A stretch of 64,000 nucleotides of DNA from an uncultured Acidobacteriota bacterium (GTDB taxonomy: Bacteria > Acidobacteriota > Vicinamibacteria > Vicinamibacterales > UBA2999). The translations under genes were made by a program, and so were the position numbers. This document shows positions 40,886 to 50,825 of this stretch, piece after piece. Under the pieces are notes generated by a model. That model had not been told where the DNA came from. It ran no database searches and saw only the letters and a list, made by a program, of their open reading frames with translations. The DNA lies in assembly GCA_963807105.1 (NCBI GenBank), contig CAWEAM010000010.1, positions 324,773 to 388,772 of the forward strand, in the 5' to 3' direction. Every line of letters begins with the position of its first letter. Within the stretch, counting starts at the first letter, position 1.

Positions 40886-42331
40886 TCACTTGGCACTGAC
40901 GTGAGGAAGAACACGGGCTGAAGAGGCGGGCATCGACTGCCGGGCCAGGCGCTTCACCTGGCGAGAGGCGGCGATGCCATAGTTGTTTGCGTAGGCATCG
41001 TGATTCCGCTCGAGGTCAGCCAGGCGGTAGACGTAATTCACCATCAAGCCCAAGGAGCGACGAGTGCCAGTTTCGGACGTGTCGGCCATCCAATTCAGTC
41101 GTTGCAGGCAGGCGCCGTTCGCCAAGTGGAACCGCGCCACGGCGTCGACGGGGGCGCCTCCGAGCTTGGCTTCAATCAAGTAGTAGGCTCCCAACCGGAT
41201 GAGAGCATCCTTATGTCGCGTCATCAGACTTCGATCGAGCGGAACGTGATCCGCTCCAGTGCTTGTGACGAGCGCCACGAGTTCCTCGTGCGTTCTATCC
41301 GCCGGTGGTCGTTCGAAATAGTTCACCAACCACCTGGAGAAGCCGGGCATTGGCGAGAGCGTGGCGTACGTTCTGACGCGGGGCAAGCTTCTGCTGAGAT
41401 CGTCGACCACCTGCTTAATCAACAGATTACCGAAGGACACGCCACGCAGCCCCCGTAGACAGTTAGTGATTGAGTAGAAGATGGCGCACGTCGCCTGTGA
41501 TCGATCCAACACCTCAGAGTCGGGGTTGAGTAACGGCTGGACTCGAGCACTCATTCCGCGGGTCAGCGCCACTTCGATGAAAATCAACGGCTCTTCCGGA
41601 AGCGCCGGGTGGAAGAATGCGTAACAACGTCGATCAGCTTCCAGCCGGCGGCGCAGGTCGCCCCACCCTTGTATCTGGTGCACCGCTTCGAACTCGATCA
41701 GGCGCTCGAGAACCACCGCTGACGTCCGCCAATCAAGTCGCTGAAGCACGAGAAAGCCCCCGTTAAACCAGGACCTGAACAAGTGGAGGAAGTCGGCATC
41801 AATCGCGGTCCGCTCCGGGCAGTCCTCCAGGGTGGCGAGGAGATGGTTGCGCATCTCGATCAGCAGCCGGATCCCGCCGCGGGCGAGATTCAAGCGGCGG
41901 AAGAGCTCCTGACGCGGCGCCTCAACGGCCGTCTGAAGACCGGCAAGCGTCGACAGCGACGGCCGGGCGCGGTAGCTCTCTGCCTCACGCGCCACCCGTT
42001 CGGGATCCGGTGAAAAGCGACTGCCGAGCAGCTCGAAAAACTGATCGCGGCCTGGCGGCTCGAGCTTTTGATAGGAAGCGAATATCTCCGAAGCCAAACG
42101 TGCGCCGGCGACCTCGCCCCGCTCCGAGAGCAGCGAATCACAGATCGAGATGACCTGCTTGGCCGCGCGAATGTCAGCGCGTTCGGCGAAGGCGGGATCC
42201 GCGAAAGATCCGAAGATCCGGCGGAGCAGGGGACGACCTAAGCGATCCTTTGCGGCCGACGGGCGGGAGTGTGCATGAGGTGTCGATGGCGCCGCCTCCT
42301 CGATTCCGGCTTCGTTGCGTTGGTCGCGCAT
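40886..42331 (-). CDS. matA: Malonyl-CoA decarboxylase
   Basis: SERGE, PRQELFRRLN, SWFN.GFL, EAVHQI, FFHPALPEEPLIF, FYSITNC, SFGNLLIKQV, TLSPMPGF, VARFHLANGA. Confidence 0.95.
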   Translation of the reverse strand: MRDQRNEAGIEEAAPSTPHAHSRPSAAKDRLGRPLLRRIFGSFADPAFAERADIRAAKQVISICDSLLSERGEVAGARLASEIFASYQKLEPPGRDQFFELLGSRFSPDPERVAREAESYRARPSLSTLAGLQTAVEAPRQELFRRLNLARGGIRLLIEMRNHLLATLEDCPERTAIDADFLHLFRSWFNGGFLVLQRLDWRTSAVVLERLIEFEAVHQIQGWGDLRRRLEADRRCYAFFHPALPEEPLIFIEVALTRGMSARVQPLLNPDSEVLDRSQATCAIFYSITNCLRGLRGVSFGNLLIKQVVDDLSRSLPRVRTYATLSPMPGFSRWLVNYFERPPADRTHEELVALVTSTGADHVPLDRSLMTRHKDALIRLGAYYLIEAKLGGAPVDAVARFHLANGACLQRLNWMADTSETGTRRSLGLMVNYVYRLADLERNHDAYANNYGIAASRQVKRLARQSMPASSARVLPHVSAK

Positions 42332-42349
42332 AGGAGAATCTTCAGGACG

Positions 42350-43096
42350 TCACACCGACTGCAGGTCTGAACGCCGTGCCGCCTGAGGTGATCCCACGCC
42401 ATTGGCGTCCAGATGATGCAGGCTCGCCATTAAATCGCTGAACCTCTCGCCTTGCACGAGAACGTGTGCGCGCAGTGATTCAGAAGCCAGCTCGGGGTTC
42501 CCCGCCAAGATGGCTTCGACGATTTGTTGGTGCTCAGAATTCGACGTCCGCATCCGATCGCGAACACGCAACTGGAGTCGTCGGTACGGATGCAGGCGCC
42601 GGTGCAGCGCCGACGCTTGTTCCGCAAGGAAGGAGTTTTTGCTGCCGGCATAGATGACGTGGTGGAAGATCTCGTTCTGGTGATAGTAGCCATCAGGATC
42701 TTCGCGCTTCAGCGCAGCCTCGCAGACTTCGTGGGCTCGCACGAGCTGCTGGTGATCGGCGACTGACATGCGACGGGTGGCAAGGCGGCCGCACATCGCT
42801 TCCAACTCGGCCATCACCTCGAACATCTCGATGAGTCGATGAGGCGCGAGCTCAGGGACGATTGCACCCCGTCGGGGCCGCAACTCGAGGATGCCAGCCG
42901 AGGCGAGCTGAATGAGCGCCTCGCGCACTGGCGTCCGAGACACTCGAAAGCGGTCGGCCAGCTCCGTTTCGTCGAGACGAATACCGGGCGCGATGACGCC
43001 CGTAGCGATCTCATCTTCGATCCGGTCTCGTAAATCCAGCGAACGCGTTTGATTCCGCAAGCTGGTCTGGGCGCGACGAGGTCGTGTGATGGCCAT
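42350..43096 (-). CDS. GntR (FadR/FCD) regulator, MatR-like
   Basis: LDETELADRFRVSRTPVREAL, FEVMAELE, YRRLQLR; directly upstream of matA. Confidence 0.92.
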   Translation of the reverse strand: MAITRPRRAQTSLRNQTRSLDLRDRIEDEIATGVIAPGIRLDETELADRFRVSRTPVREALIQLASAGILELRPRRGAIVPELAPHRLIEMFEVMAELEAMCGRLATRRMSVADHQQLVRAHEVCEAALKREDPDGYYHQNEIFHHVIYAGSKNSFLAEQASALHRRLHPYRRLQLRVRDRMRTSNSEHQQIVEAILAGNPELASESLRAHVLVQGERFSDLMASLHHLDANGVGSPQAARRSDLQSV

Positions 43097-43218
43097 GGCA
43101 AATGATACTAAAAGGCCAAGAATGAACACCTTCCACGCTGCGCGACATTGCGACTACAGAACAACAAATAAGCTCCTGCGAGTTCCTATTAGGCCTCGCT
43201 GTGTGTGTCGTTTTGTGT

Positions 43219-43287
43219 TGACAACCCCGCGCGTTTGGTATACACGTGCGCCATAAGATAACACAAAATTGACCTTTTTGTACGCAC
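43219..43287. promoter_or_regulatory. AT-rich divergent promoter with MatR-like boxes
   Basis: TTGACA; TGGTATACAC (43236), TTGTACGCAC (43278). Confidence 0.55.
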
Positions 43288-43359
43288 AGATGCATTTTAC
43301 AAAACCCGGCCAATCGCGAGGCGGCGAGGGCGAGCCGTCGGGGCACGCGAATCCCGCGT

Positions 43360-43575
43360 CATGTTTGGACGAGACTCAGTCCCAGTATTTCAAGCCAGCG
43401 GTGCCACCGCTCCCGCTCAGGTACTACCGCACCGACGACGGTGGTCCGCTGAGTCAGCGCGTTCAACGTCACCGCAGTAAGAGCCATCAACCGGCAATCG
43501 AGCCCGAGCTTCGGCAAAGCGATAGCGATCCGGCTGCAACGGGATATCGACTTCGCCGTAGAGGTCACCTCCTAG
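43360..43575 (+). pseudogene. Heavily deleted TonB-dependent receptor remnant
   Basis: AFNVTAVRAINRQSSPSFGKAIAIRLQRDIDFAVEVTS* resembles the C-terminus of the 59769 receptor; upstream PLPL.. resembles its N-domain PLPIGTY. Confidence 0.45.
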
Positions 43576-43669
43576 CGAAAGAGCCGCTAGGGCCGCACGC
43601 TCGCGACGACTGCACGGCGAACCCTGTGGCGCTTGTCGGTCGCGCACATCGTGAAGGGAGGATCTCGGC

Positions 43670-45206
43670 ATGCGACAAGAGAGAATTTCCAGAGCGGTTC
43701 TGAACGCGTTCGTGCTCGCCGCCGTCGTTTGTCTCGTCGGCAGTCTAAAGGCACTGGGAGCCCAGGAGGCCCAGCCATCGCAAGAGATCCGCTATCCCGA
43801 CGGCCGAGCCGTCAGGTACGCGACCTGAGGGGCGGCCGTTCGATGCCCATCGGCAGATGCGGATTCAGCAACCGCCGGCGCAGGGTGTCGCGATCCGGGC
43901 AGGGCGCCTCTTCGATGCCAGGGAGGGTGTTCACCGGGTGAATCAGGTCATCGTCATTCAGGGCGAGCGGATTACGGAAGTCGGACCGGCGGCACAAGTG
44001 AAGATTCCGCCGGGTGTGTGGACCATCGATCTCAGCAACGCGACTGTGTTGCCGGGGGTCATCGACCACCATGCGCATATGTTCGCCGGCCAGCCGAATG
44101 AATCGATGCTGACGATGTCCGGCCTGAACCTCGCGTTGAAGGACATGGTCGAAGGCGGGTTCACGACGCTGATGGACATGGGCGCACAAACGTACGCCAG
44201 TGTGAGCGTGCGCGACGCAATCAACCGAGGGTGGATCGTCGGGCCGAGGATGCAGGTGGCCGGACCGCAGATCAACCCGCGGAAGATGAGCTACGGCGCG
44301 GCTCCGTCGGTGCCTACGCCGTATTACGAGGCGCCGGGCAACTGGCAGGACCGGCAGAACATCAATTCGCCCTGGCTGGCGAGGGCCGGCGTGCGCGAGC
44401 ATTCCAACTGGGGAGCGGACTGGATCAAGATCTACATGACCGAGGATCACGCCGGTTCCGGCTTCCCGAGCGGCGCGTTCTATCCGGACGGCCGGATGAT
44501 CAACGTGCCATCGTTGACGCTCGAGGAACTCGAGGCGATTGTCGACGAAGCCCGCTGGCGCGGCCTCAAGACCGTGTCGCACGCCTATGGCGGTGAAGGG
44601 CTGCGCCGGGTGCTGGCCGCCGGCGTCGATCTAGAGATGCATCCGACGGTCGGCATCCACGACGGCATCCAAGGCAAGCGCACCGGCATGGACAACGAGA
44701 CCATTCAGATGATCCTCAAGCCGCTCCCCAACGGGAAGCAGCGCATGATCATGCATACCCTGTGGGACTTGATCGGCGGCATGGAGAGAGGCGATCTGGC
44801 GACCACGAAAGGGCAGACGAGCCGGTATTACGAGACGGAGAAGGCATTCAAGATGCTGCACGCGGCAGGGGTGAAACAAGTCTTCGGCAGCGGCGTCTAT
44901 GGCAACGCCCACGGGACGCAGGCCATGCAGTTCGCGATCTACGTGAAATGGGGCATGACGCCGGCCCAGGCGATTCAGACGGCAACGACCAACGCCGCCG
45001 AGAGCCTGAATTACGATTGGAGCAACCAGATCGGGACAGTGGAGAAGGGCAAGTTCGCCGACATCATCGCGGTGACCGGCGACCCTCTTAAGGACATCAC
45101 GGAGATGGAGCGCGTCAAATTCGTGATGAAGGGTGGCGTCGTCTTCCGCAACGAAATCGCGTCGGCACCTACGACGACCACGGCGTCGGGCGTCCCGAAC
45201 CGGTAG
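43670..45206 (+). CDS. Exported metal-dependent amidohydrolase, frameshift near 43825
   Basis: GGAGG RBS and signal peptide at 43670; LPGVIDHHAH, GADWIKIY, VSHAYGG, GKFADIIAV, FVMKGG. Confidence 0.88.
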
Positions 45207-45405
45207 ACGTGCTGCGGTCGGCGAGGTCGAAAATCGTTCATGGGCGAGTCGTGGCCTAGCGAATCAAGCCCGCGACTCGCCTCGGTACGCTTGGCGCCTC
45301 GGGTGACGCGTTCAATCGCATCGGCGGAATGGACATCCGCTTCAGCCCCACGGACGCGGCGGATGTTCCTGATCGCCTTCGTCATTGGATTCTGATTCGT
45401 CCCGA

Positions 45406-46752
45406 TCAGTGTCGGAGACCGTCGAGGGCCTCGATGAGAAACCGATACGCGCTCGGGTCAAGTGTCGCTGCATCCGACCACTCGGAACGGGCCGCGAACT
45501 GCCCCGCGGCGGTGGCCGCGATCAGCACGCGCTCCTTCCGCTCGGCGTTCGCAGCATCCGTGTAGGTGATGACGACCGAGACAGCGGGGGAGTCCAAGCC
45601 GGTGCTCGTCCTCCTCTGGTCGACGAAGCTCACGGCACTTAGCAGGGACAGCCTGGAAAGCGCCGCCTCCATCTTTGAGGCGTCGATGTCGCGGGCGCTG
45701 GGCGACAGTTCCCGCCACTGCTGCCGCTCGCCCTGGGCGGCCCGCTCGTAAATCAGCGTCTGACCCCGGTGCGCGAGCTCGAGCCGTGTCGCGTTATGGG
45801 CCTGGAAGGTTAAGAGCTGCTTGCGGCGAAACTCTTGTGGGTCCTTCCCGATCTGGGCGACGAGCGACTGCTCAATCGTGAAGACGCCCGGCCGTGACAA
45901 GTCGCGCGCGTAGCTCGTGGCCTTGTCCGCGGGCGACCCAACCTCCAACGTGGTCAGCGAGCCGCCTGCGTCGACCGTGACGCGATAGAGCGGCTTGGCA
46001 AGACCGTATCTGGCGAGATTCGCGGAATCGGATGTCACCAGCGAGGCCATTTGGGTCGTAGCCAGCTTTGTCAGCAGCTCGCTGACGACGCCGAAATCCG
46101 CCTCCGTTTGGAGCGGACGCGTAAGGTTCCACTCGAGGTCGCTCCTGGTAAGTCGGACAGTGTGGCGAGGGGCGAGAATCTCTACGGACTCGACAGCAAT
46201 GCGATCGAACCTGAGCACGCGCTTGTCCCGGAGGTCCCACGTGCTCTTGTTGAACGTGGCGTCCGCCACGGCGGGCACGAGGAACACCTTGCGGCCCGAG
46301 TTGGCCATCGCGTAGAGGCTCTCACCCGTGGCGGTCTTGTCCCCCATGAGCAGGCTCCTCGCCGCGCGATCGCCGGACGCTTTCACCGTCAGTTCCACGC
46401 GCGGCGGGTCGAGCCCGTACTGCTCCAACTCGGTCGCGTCTTCCGCAACGACGCGGCCGACCTCGAGACTGCCGATACCGCGCGTAATTCCGACAACTGC
46501 GCCTTCGTCGGCGTCAGCTGCAATCGGAGAGGTGATCTGCCATTTCTCGCCCGCCTTCGTGACCGTTGTGATATCGCCGTCGGCAGACTTGACGGTGAGC
46601 TGGTCAATCGCCGAGGCCGCAATGCCGAGCGCTTTCGGCTTGCCCGCAATGACCTCGGCTGGGGCCGGTTGCTTCCACTCGATGAAATAGATGTACGCAC
46701 CGAGTCCCGTCAGCACCACCAGCAGCACCAGCGTGGACGACAGTCGCCGCAT
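45406..46752 (-). CDS. DUF4340 domain protein
   Basis: TLVLLVVLTGLGAYIYFIE anchor; repeats WQITSP, YGLDPP, DLRDKRVL, YGLAKP. Confidence 0.82.
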   Translation of the reverse strand: MRRLSSTLVLLVVLTGLGAYIYFIEWKQPAPAEVIAGKPKALGIAASAIDQLTVKSADGDITTVTKAGEKWQITSPIAADADEGAVVGITRGIGSLEVGRVVAEDATELEQYGLDPPRVELTVKASGDRAARSLLMGDKTATGESLYAMANSGRKVFLVPAVADATFNKSTWDLRDKRVLRFDRIAVESVEILAPRHTVRLTRSDLEWNLTRPLQTEADFGVVSELLTKLATTQMASLVTSDSANLARYGLAKPLYRVTVDAGGSLTTLEVGSPADKATSYARDLSRPGVFTIEQSLVAQIGKDPQEFRRKQLLTFQAHNATRLELAHRGQTLIYERAAQGERQQWRELSPSARDIDASKMEAALSRLSLLSAVSFVDQRRTSTGLDSPAVSVVITYTDAANAERKERVLIAATAAGQFAARSEWSDAATLDPSAYRFLIEALDGLRH

Positions 46753-46814
46753 TCCCAACTCCAAGTCACGATAGCCCAAGTAACGGCGAGTCAGTACCCG
46801 GTCTTGATGTTGAG

Positions 46815-46920
46815 TTGACAGGAACGCAAGCGCTGCTATACAACTTGTGCACACAAAATCGATAATATTGCACACACAGAATCGATATTGCACACACTAA
46901 GTTGGGCGAACAAATACAAA
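46815..46920. promoter_or_regulatory. Promoter with arrayed TGCACACA boxes (~20-nt period)
   Basis: TTGACA 46815; CTATACAA; GTGCACACAA 46847; TTGCACACAC 46868 and 46888. Confidence 0.65.
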
Positions 46921-47104
46921 GTGAGCGTGAACGGATGTGACCCCGACCCGTGTTGATCGCGCGTCCGCGGGCTGCAGCCAACCCCACGATGGCGTTCTTT
47001 TGGAGCAGGGGCGCGTGCCAGCGATCGCACGCATCCGCTTGAGTCGTCGGTCGCGCTCGCGGAGGTGCCGGGCACTGAGCGACCAAGCCGAGGTCCATGT
47101 CTGA

Positions 47105-48359
47105 ATGAGACCACTCGACGACGTCTTCGTTCTCGACCTCTCGAGAATTCTCTCGGGGCCGTTCTGCACCATGCTGATGGCCGACATGGGCGCAACAGTG
47201 GTGAAGGTCGAGCCGCCGCCCCACGGCGACGATAGCCGGCAGTGGGGTCCGCCGTTTGTCGATGGGATCAGGTACGTATTTTCTGTCGGTCAACCGGAAC
47301 AAGCAGAGCCTCGGCTTGGACATCAGGACTCCGGAGGGCAGCGAGATTCTCGGGCGGCTCATCGACCAGTCGGACGTACTAGTCGAAAACTTTCGGCCGG
47401 GAGTCATGGCCAGGCTGGGTTTCGGGTACGAACAGGCGCGGCGCCGCAATCCACGGCTCATCTACTGTTCGATTTCCGGCTTCGGTCAGACCGGGCCGTA
47501 CCGTCTGCGCCCGGGTTACGACGTGGTGGCGCAAGGGGAAGCGGGTCTGATGGATTTGACCGGCTACCCAGATCAGCCACCTGCAAAGGTCGGGGTGTCA
47601 GTGGCGGACATCACGGCCGGTCTCTATGCGCTCCAGGGCATCCTCCTGGCGCTGCTGGCGCGAACGCGGACGGGCGAGGGACAAGCGATCGACATCAGCC
47701 TGCTCGACGCGACGGTCTCGACGCTGACCTACCAGGCGATGATCTACTTTGCGACCGGGCAGAGCCCGGGGCGCATTGGCACGCGGCATCCCTCGATCGT
47801 TCCGTACGAGTGTTTTCGGACCAGAGACGGTTTCGTCAACGTTGGCGTCACGAACGAGAAGCAATGGCAGAACTTCTGTCGCGCACTCGGGCTGCTTGAG
47901 GCTGCGTCGGACCCGCGCTTTGCGACGATGGCCGAGCGGTTGGCCCATTACCACGAGCTGCAGCCGATCATCGAAAAAGCACTGTTGGAACGGACGCGCG
48001 CTGAAGTGCGGCGCCTGCTTGGCGAGCACGGCATTGCCGTGGGCCCGGTCAACAGCGTTGCAGAGATCCTCGAGGACGCGCAGATTCGCGCGCGCGAGAT
48101 GGTCGGCGAGTTGACGCACCCGGCGTACGGGCCGCTGAAGGTGCTGGGCATTCCGGTCAAGCTCTCTCTCACGCCGGGGCGGCTCGAAGGTGCGCCTCCT
48201 CACCTCGGGGAGCACAATCGCGACATCCTTCGGCGGCTTCGGTACGGCGACGACCAGATCGCCGAGTTGTTTGCGGGCAAGGTGATCGTGGCTACCGCCA
48301 ATCGGCCCCAGGACTCGGCGGAAGCGGAGATGGCCGCGTCAGCGCGTCCTCCCAAGTGA
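47105..48359 (+). CDS. Class III (CaiB/BaiF) CoA-transferase, frameshift near 47270
   Basis: VLDLSRILSGPFCTM, NRNKQS, ENFRPG, SISGFGQTGP, catalytic Asp region VADITAG, PHLGEHN. Confidence 0.92.
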
Positions 48360-48422
48360 TGACGGGCATGTCGGCCTGGTGCACGCCCGCCAGTTCTGGG
48401 ACGCGACGAGGCTGGAGGACCA

Positions 48423-50009
48423 GTGGACTTTGCTGACAGCCGGCTCCGTATCGAGCCCGATCGGAGCACGGACGCCATCGCGGCGCGCCGCGCGGGGCTC
48501 CTCTCGGGCGGAGGGCTGGATCGCATCGAAGCGCAGCACGCGCGAGGCAAGCTGACCGCACGCGAGCGCCTCCAGCGGCTGCTGGAACCCGAGTCGTTCG
48601 AGGAACTGGCGCCTTACATGCTGCCCCGTTCCTTGGGGGGCGCCGGAGTCGAACACCAGCGGTATCCCGGCGACGGCGTCGTGACCGGCTTCGGCTCGAT
48701 CGACGGGCGGCGGGTCGCCGTGTTCGCCCAGGACTTCACCGTCATGGGCGGATTCTTCTCGGAGACCCAGGCTCTGAAGATTGGACGCCTCATGGAGCTG
48801 GCGACCTCCGCCGGCGTCCCTATCGTGGCGCTGTTCGATTCCGTTGGCGCCCGCATCCAAGAAGGCGTCTGGAGCCTCGCTGGATTCGGCGACCTTTTCT
48901 GGCGCAACACCCAGGCGAGCGGCGTGGTGCCGCAGATCAGCCTCATGCTGGGGCCGTGCGCCGGCGGCGCCGTTTACTCTCCGGGCCTGACCGATTTCGT
49001 GTTGATGGTGCGGCGTCACAGCTACATGTTCATCACCGGTCCTGATGTCGTCCGCACTGTAACGGGCGAAGAGGTCAATCCGGACGCGCTCGGCGGCGCC
49101 GGCGTCCATGCGACGCGATCGGGTGTGGCCCACTTCGTGGCCGAGGACGAGCAAGCCGCGTTCGATTTGACTCGCCGCCTGCTGAGCTATTTGCCCTCGA
49201 ACAACGCGGACGATCCGCCCGCGCTTCCCGCCGATGGCTGTCTCGAGCCCGACACGAGCGCGCTGGATCGCCTCATTCCCGACCGTCCCGAGATCGCCTA
49301 CGACGTCCGGGAGGCTATTGGCCTGATCGCCGACCGCTACTCCTTTCTCGAGGTGCACGCCGAGTTTGCTGCGAACGCGGTGGTCGGCTTCGCACGCGTG
49401 CGCGGCTGCGTGGTGGCGTTCGTCGCCAACCAGCCCTCGCATCTCGCGGGCGTCCTGGACATCGATGCCTCGGACAAGATAGCGAGGTTCGTCCGGTTCG
49501 CCGACGCGTTCAACATCCCAATCGTGACGCTCGTCGACTGTCCGGGGTTTCTGCCAGGCACGGGTCAGGAGTACGGCGGCATCATCCGGCACGGCGCCAA
49601 GATCGTCTATGCGTTCGCTGAGGCCACCGTGCCGAAAATATCGATCGTGCTGCGGAAGGCCTACGGAGGGGCGTACATCGTGATGAGCAGCAAGACGACG
49701 CGGACCGACGTCTGCTTCGCGTGGCCGACCGCCGAAATCGCGGTCATGGGACCGAAGGGCGCGGTGAGCGTGCTGTATGCGCGGCGGCTGTCCTTGATGG
49801 CCCCGGAGTCGCGTGAGGCCGAACAGGCGCGACTGGAGCGCGAGTTCCGGGACCGCTTCAATTCCCCGTTCGTCGCGGCTGAAGCCGGCCACATCGACGA
49901 TGTGATTTACCCGCGCGAGACGCGGTCGCGCGTGGCAGCGGCGCTCCACTTCTTGAAAGACAAACAGGGAAGTGCGCTGCCCCGGAAGCACGGGAACATT
50001 CCGCTGTAG
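48423..50009 (+). CDS. Acyl-CoA carboxyltransferase (MmdA/PccB-like), decarboxylase alpha subunit
   Basis: GKLTARER, QDFTVMGG, GARIQEG, GPCAGGAVYSP, PGFLPG, RKAYGGAY, KHGNIPL. Confidence 0.95.
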   Translation: MDFADSRLRIEPDRSTDAIAARRAGLLSGGGLDRIEAQHARGKLTARERLQRLLEPESFEELAPYMLPRSLGGAGVEHQRYPGDGVVTGFGSIDGRRVAVFAQDFTVMGGFFSETQALKIGRLMELATSAGVPIVALFDSVGARIQEGVWSLAGFGDLFWRNTQASGVVPQISLMLGPCAGGAVYSPGLTDFVLMVRRHSYMFITGPDVVRTVTGEEVNPDALGGAGVHATRSGVAHFVAEDEQAAFDLTRRLLSYLPSNNADDPPALPADGCLEPDTSALDRLIPDRPEIAYDVREAIGLIADRYSFLEVHAEFAANAVVGFARVRGCVVAFVANQPSHLAGVLDIDASDKIARFVRFADAFNIPIVTLVDCPGFLPGTGQEYGGIIRHGAKIVYAFAEATVPKISIVLRKAYGGAYIVMSSKTTRTDVCFAWPTAEIAVMGPKGAVSVLYARRLSLMAPESREAEQARLEREFRDRFNSPFVAAEAGHIDDVIYPRETRSRVAAALHFLKDKQGSALPRKHGNIPL

Positions 50010-50018
50010 GCCGCGCTG

Positions 50019-50375
50019 ATGGCGTCCGACCTGACGACCGTTTTGTGGATCAGCGCCGTCGGCGCGGCGGTTCTCTTCGCGGCGTTCGCAGCCCTGGTCG
50101 GCCTCATCTACCTGCTGACGACACCGTGGCCGATCCCGATGCTGCGATCCACCGCGAAGCCACGACGGGCGCGACTGAGCGCCCCTGAACCTCCTGCTAC
50201 CGACGAGAACGAGCGCGAGCGGCGCAGGCGCGCGGCGGCGCTTGCAGCAGCGATCGCCAGCGCCGACGCTATCCGGCACGCCGTGAAATCGCCTGATGGA
50301 CTATCCGCGTGGAAGCTGGTGCACCGCTCACGGTGGACGGCGCGCCCCGCACCGCTGAGGACGTTCAGATCGTGA
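50019..50375 (+). CDS. OadG/MmdD-like membrane subunit
   Basis: Single N-terminal TM, Pro linker, AAALAAAIA, SAWK; position in the operon. Confidence 0.75.
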   Translation: MASDLTTVLWISAVGAAVLFAAFAALVGLIYLLTTPWPIPMLRSTAKPRRARLSAPEPPATDENERERRRRAAALAAAIASADAIRHAVKSPDGLSAWKLVHRSRWTARPAPLRTFRS

Positions 50376-50818
50376 GGCGATTTCGGGTCACCATCGACGG
50401 ACGGGAGTATGACGTCGAGATCGACGACCCCTCGGCGCGCCCCGTTATCGCGCGCGTGTCAGGTGAAGTCTTCCGAGTCCAGGTTTCAGTTCAGGATGGA
50501 GCGGGCGCGCGGGCGCCCGCGCAACCCGAGCCGACCGCCGCGCCGGCGCCGACAGCCAGTTCGAGCAACGCCGCCGCCGCCCTAAGGAGCCCCAACGGCG
50601 ACCACGCGTTGATGGCTCCGATGCCCGGCACGATCCTGTCCCTCATGGCGACGGTCGGACAGGCCGTCCAGCGCGGCGACGAACTGCTGACCATCGAAGC
50701 GATGAAGATGTTCAACGTGATTCGGGCCCCATGGTCGGGCAGAGTCGCCCAGGTGCACGTCACCGAAGGCAAGGTCGTGTCCCACGGCGATCTGTTGGTG
50801 ACGCTCGCCTCGAGTTAG
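50372..50818 (+). CDS. Biotin carboxyl carrier (MmdC-like)
   Basis: FRVTIDGREYDVEI, Ala/Pro linker, APMPG, EAMKM. Confidence 0.92.
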   Translation: MRRFRVTIDGREYDVEIDDPSARPVIARVSGEVFRVQVSVQDGAGARAPAQPEPTAAPAPTASSSNAAAALRSPNGDHALMAPMPGTILSLMATVGQAVQRGDELLTIEAMKMFNVIRAPWSGRVAQVHVTEGKVVSHGDLLVTLASS

Positions 50819-50825
50819 ACACTCA

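Noticed and set aside
45011..45385. Small gene downstream of DUF4340
   Set aside because: No recognisable motif, and it overlaps the amidohydrolase 3' end antisense.
46847..46897. Short AT-rich direct repeats as a CRISPR array
   Set aside because: Period ~20 nt, no spacers of CRISPR length, no cas genes; fits an operator array.
48339..50279. Long antisense ORF (646 aa) and similar ones (35454-37190, 54042-55571, 60549-62033)
   Set aside because: Shadow frames of real GC-rich genes; no recognisable motifs.
48423..50818. Propionyl-CoA carboxylase (pccB/accB)
   Set aside because: No biotin carboxylase here; the flanking OadG-like and beta subunits indicate a decarboxylase pump.
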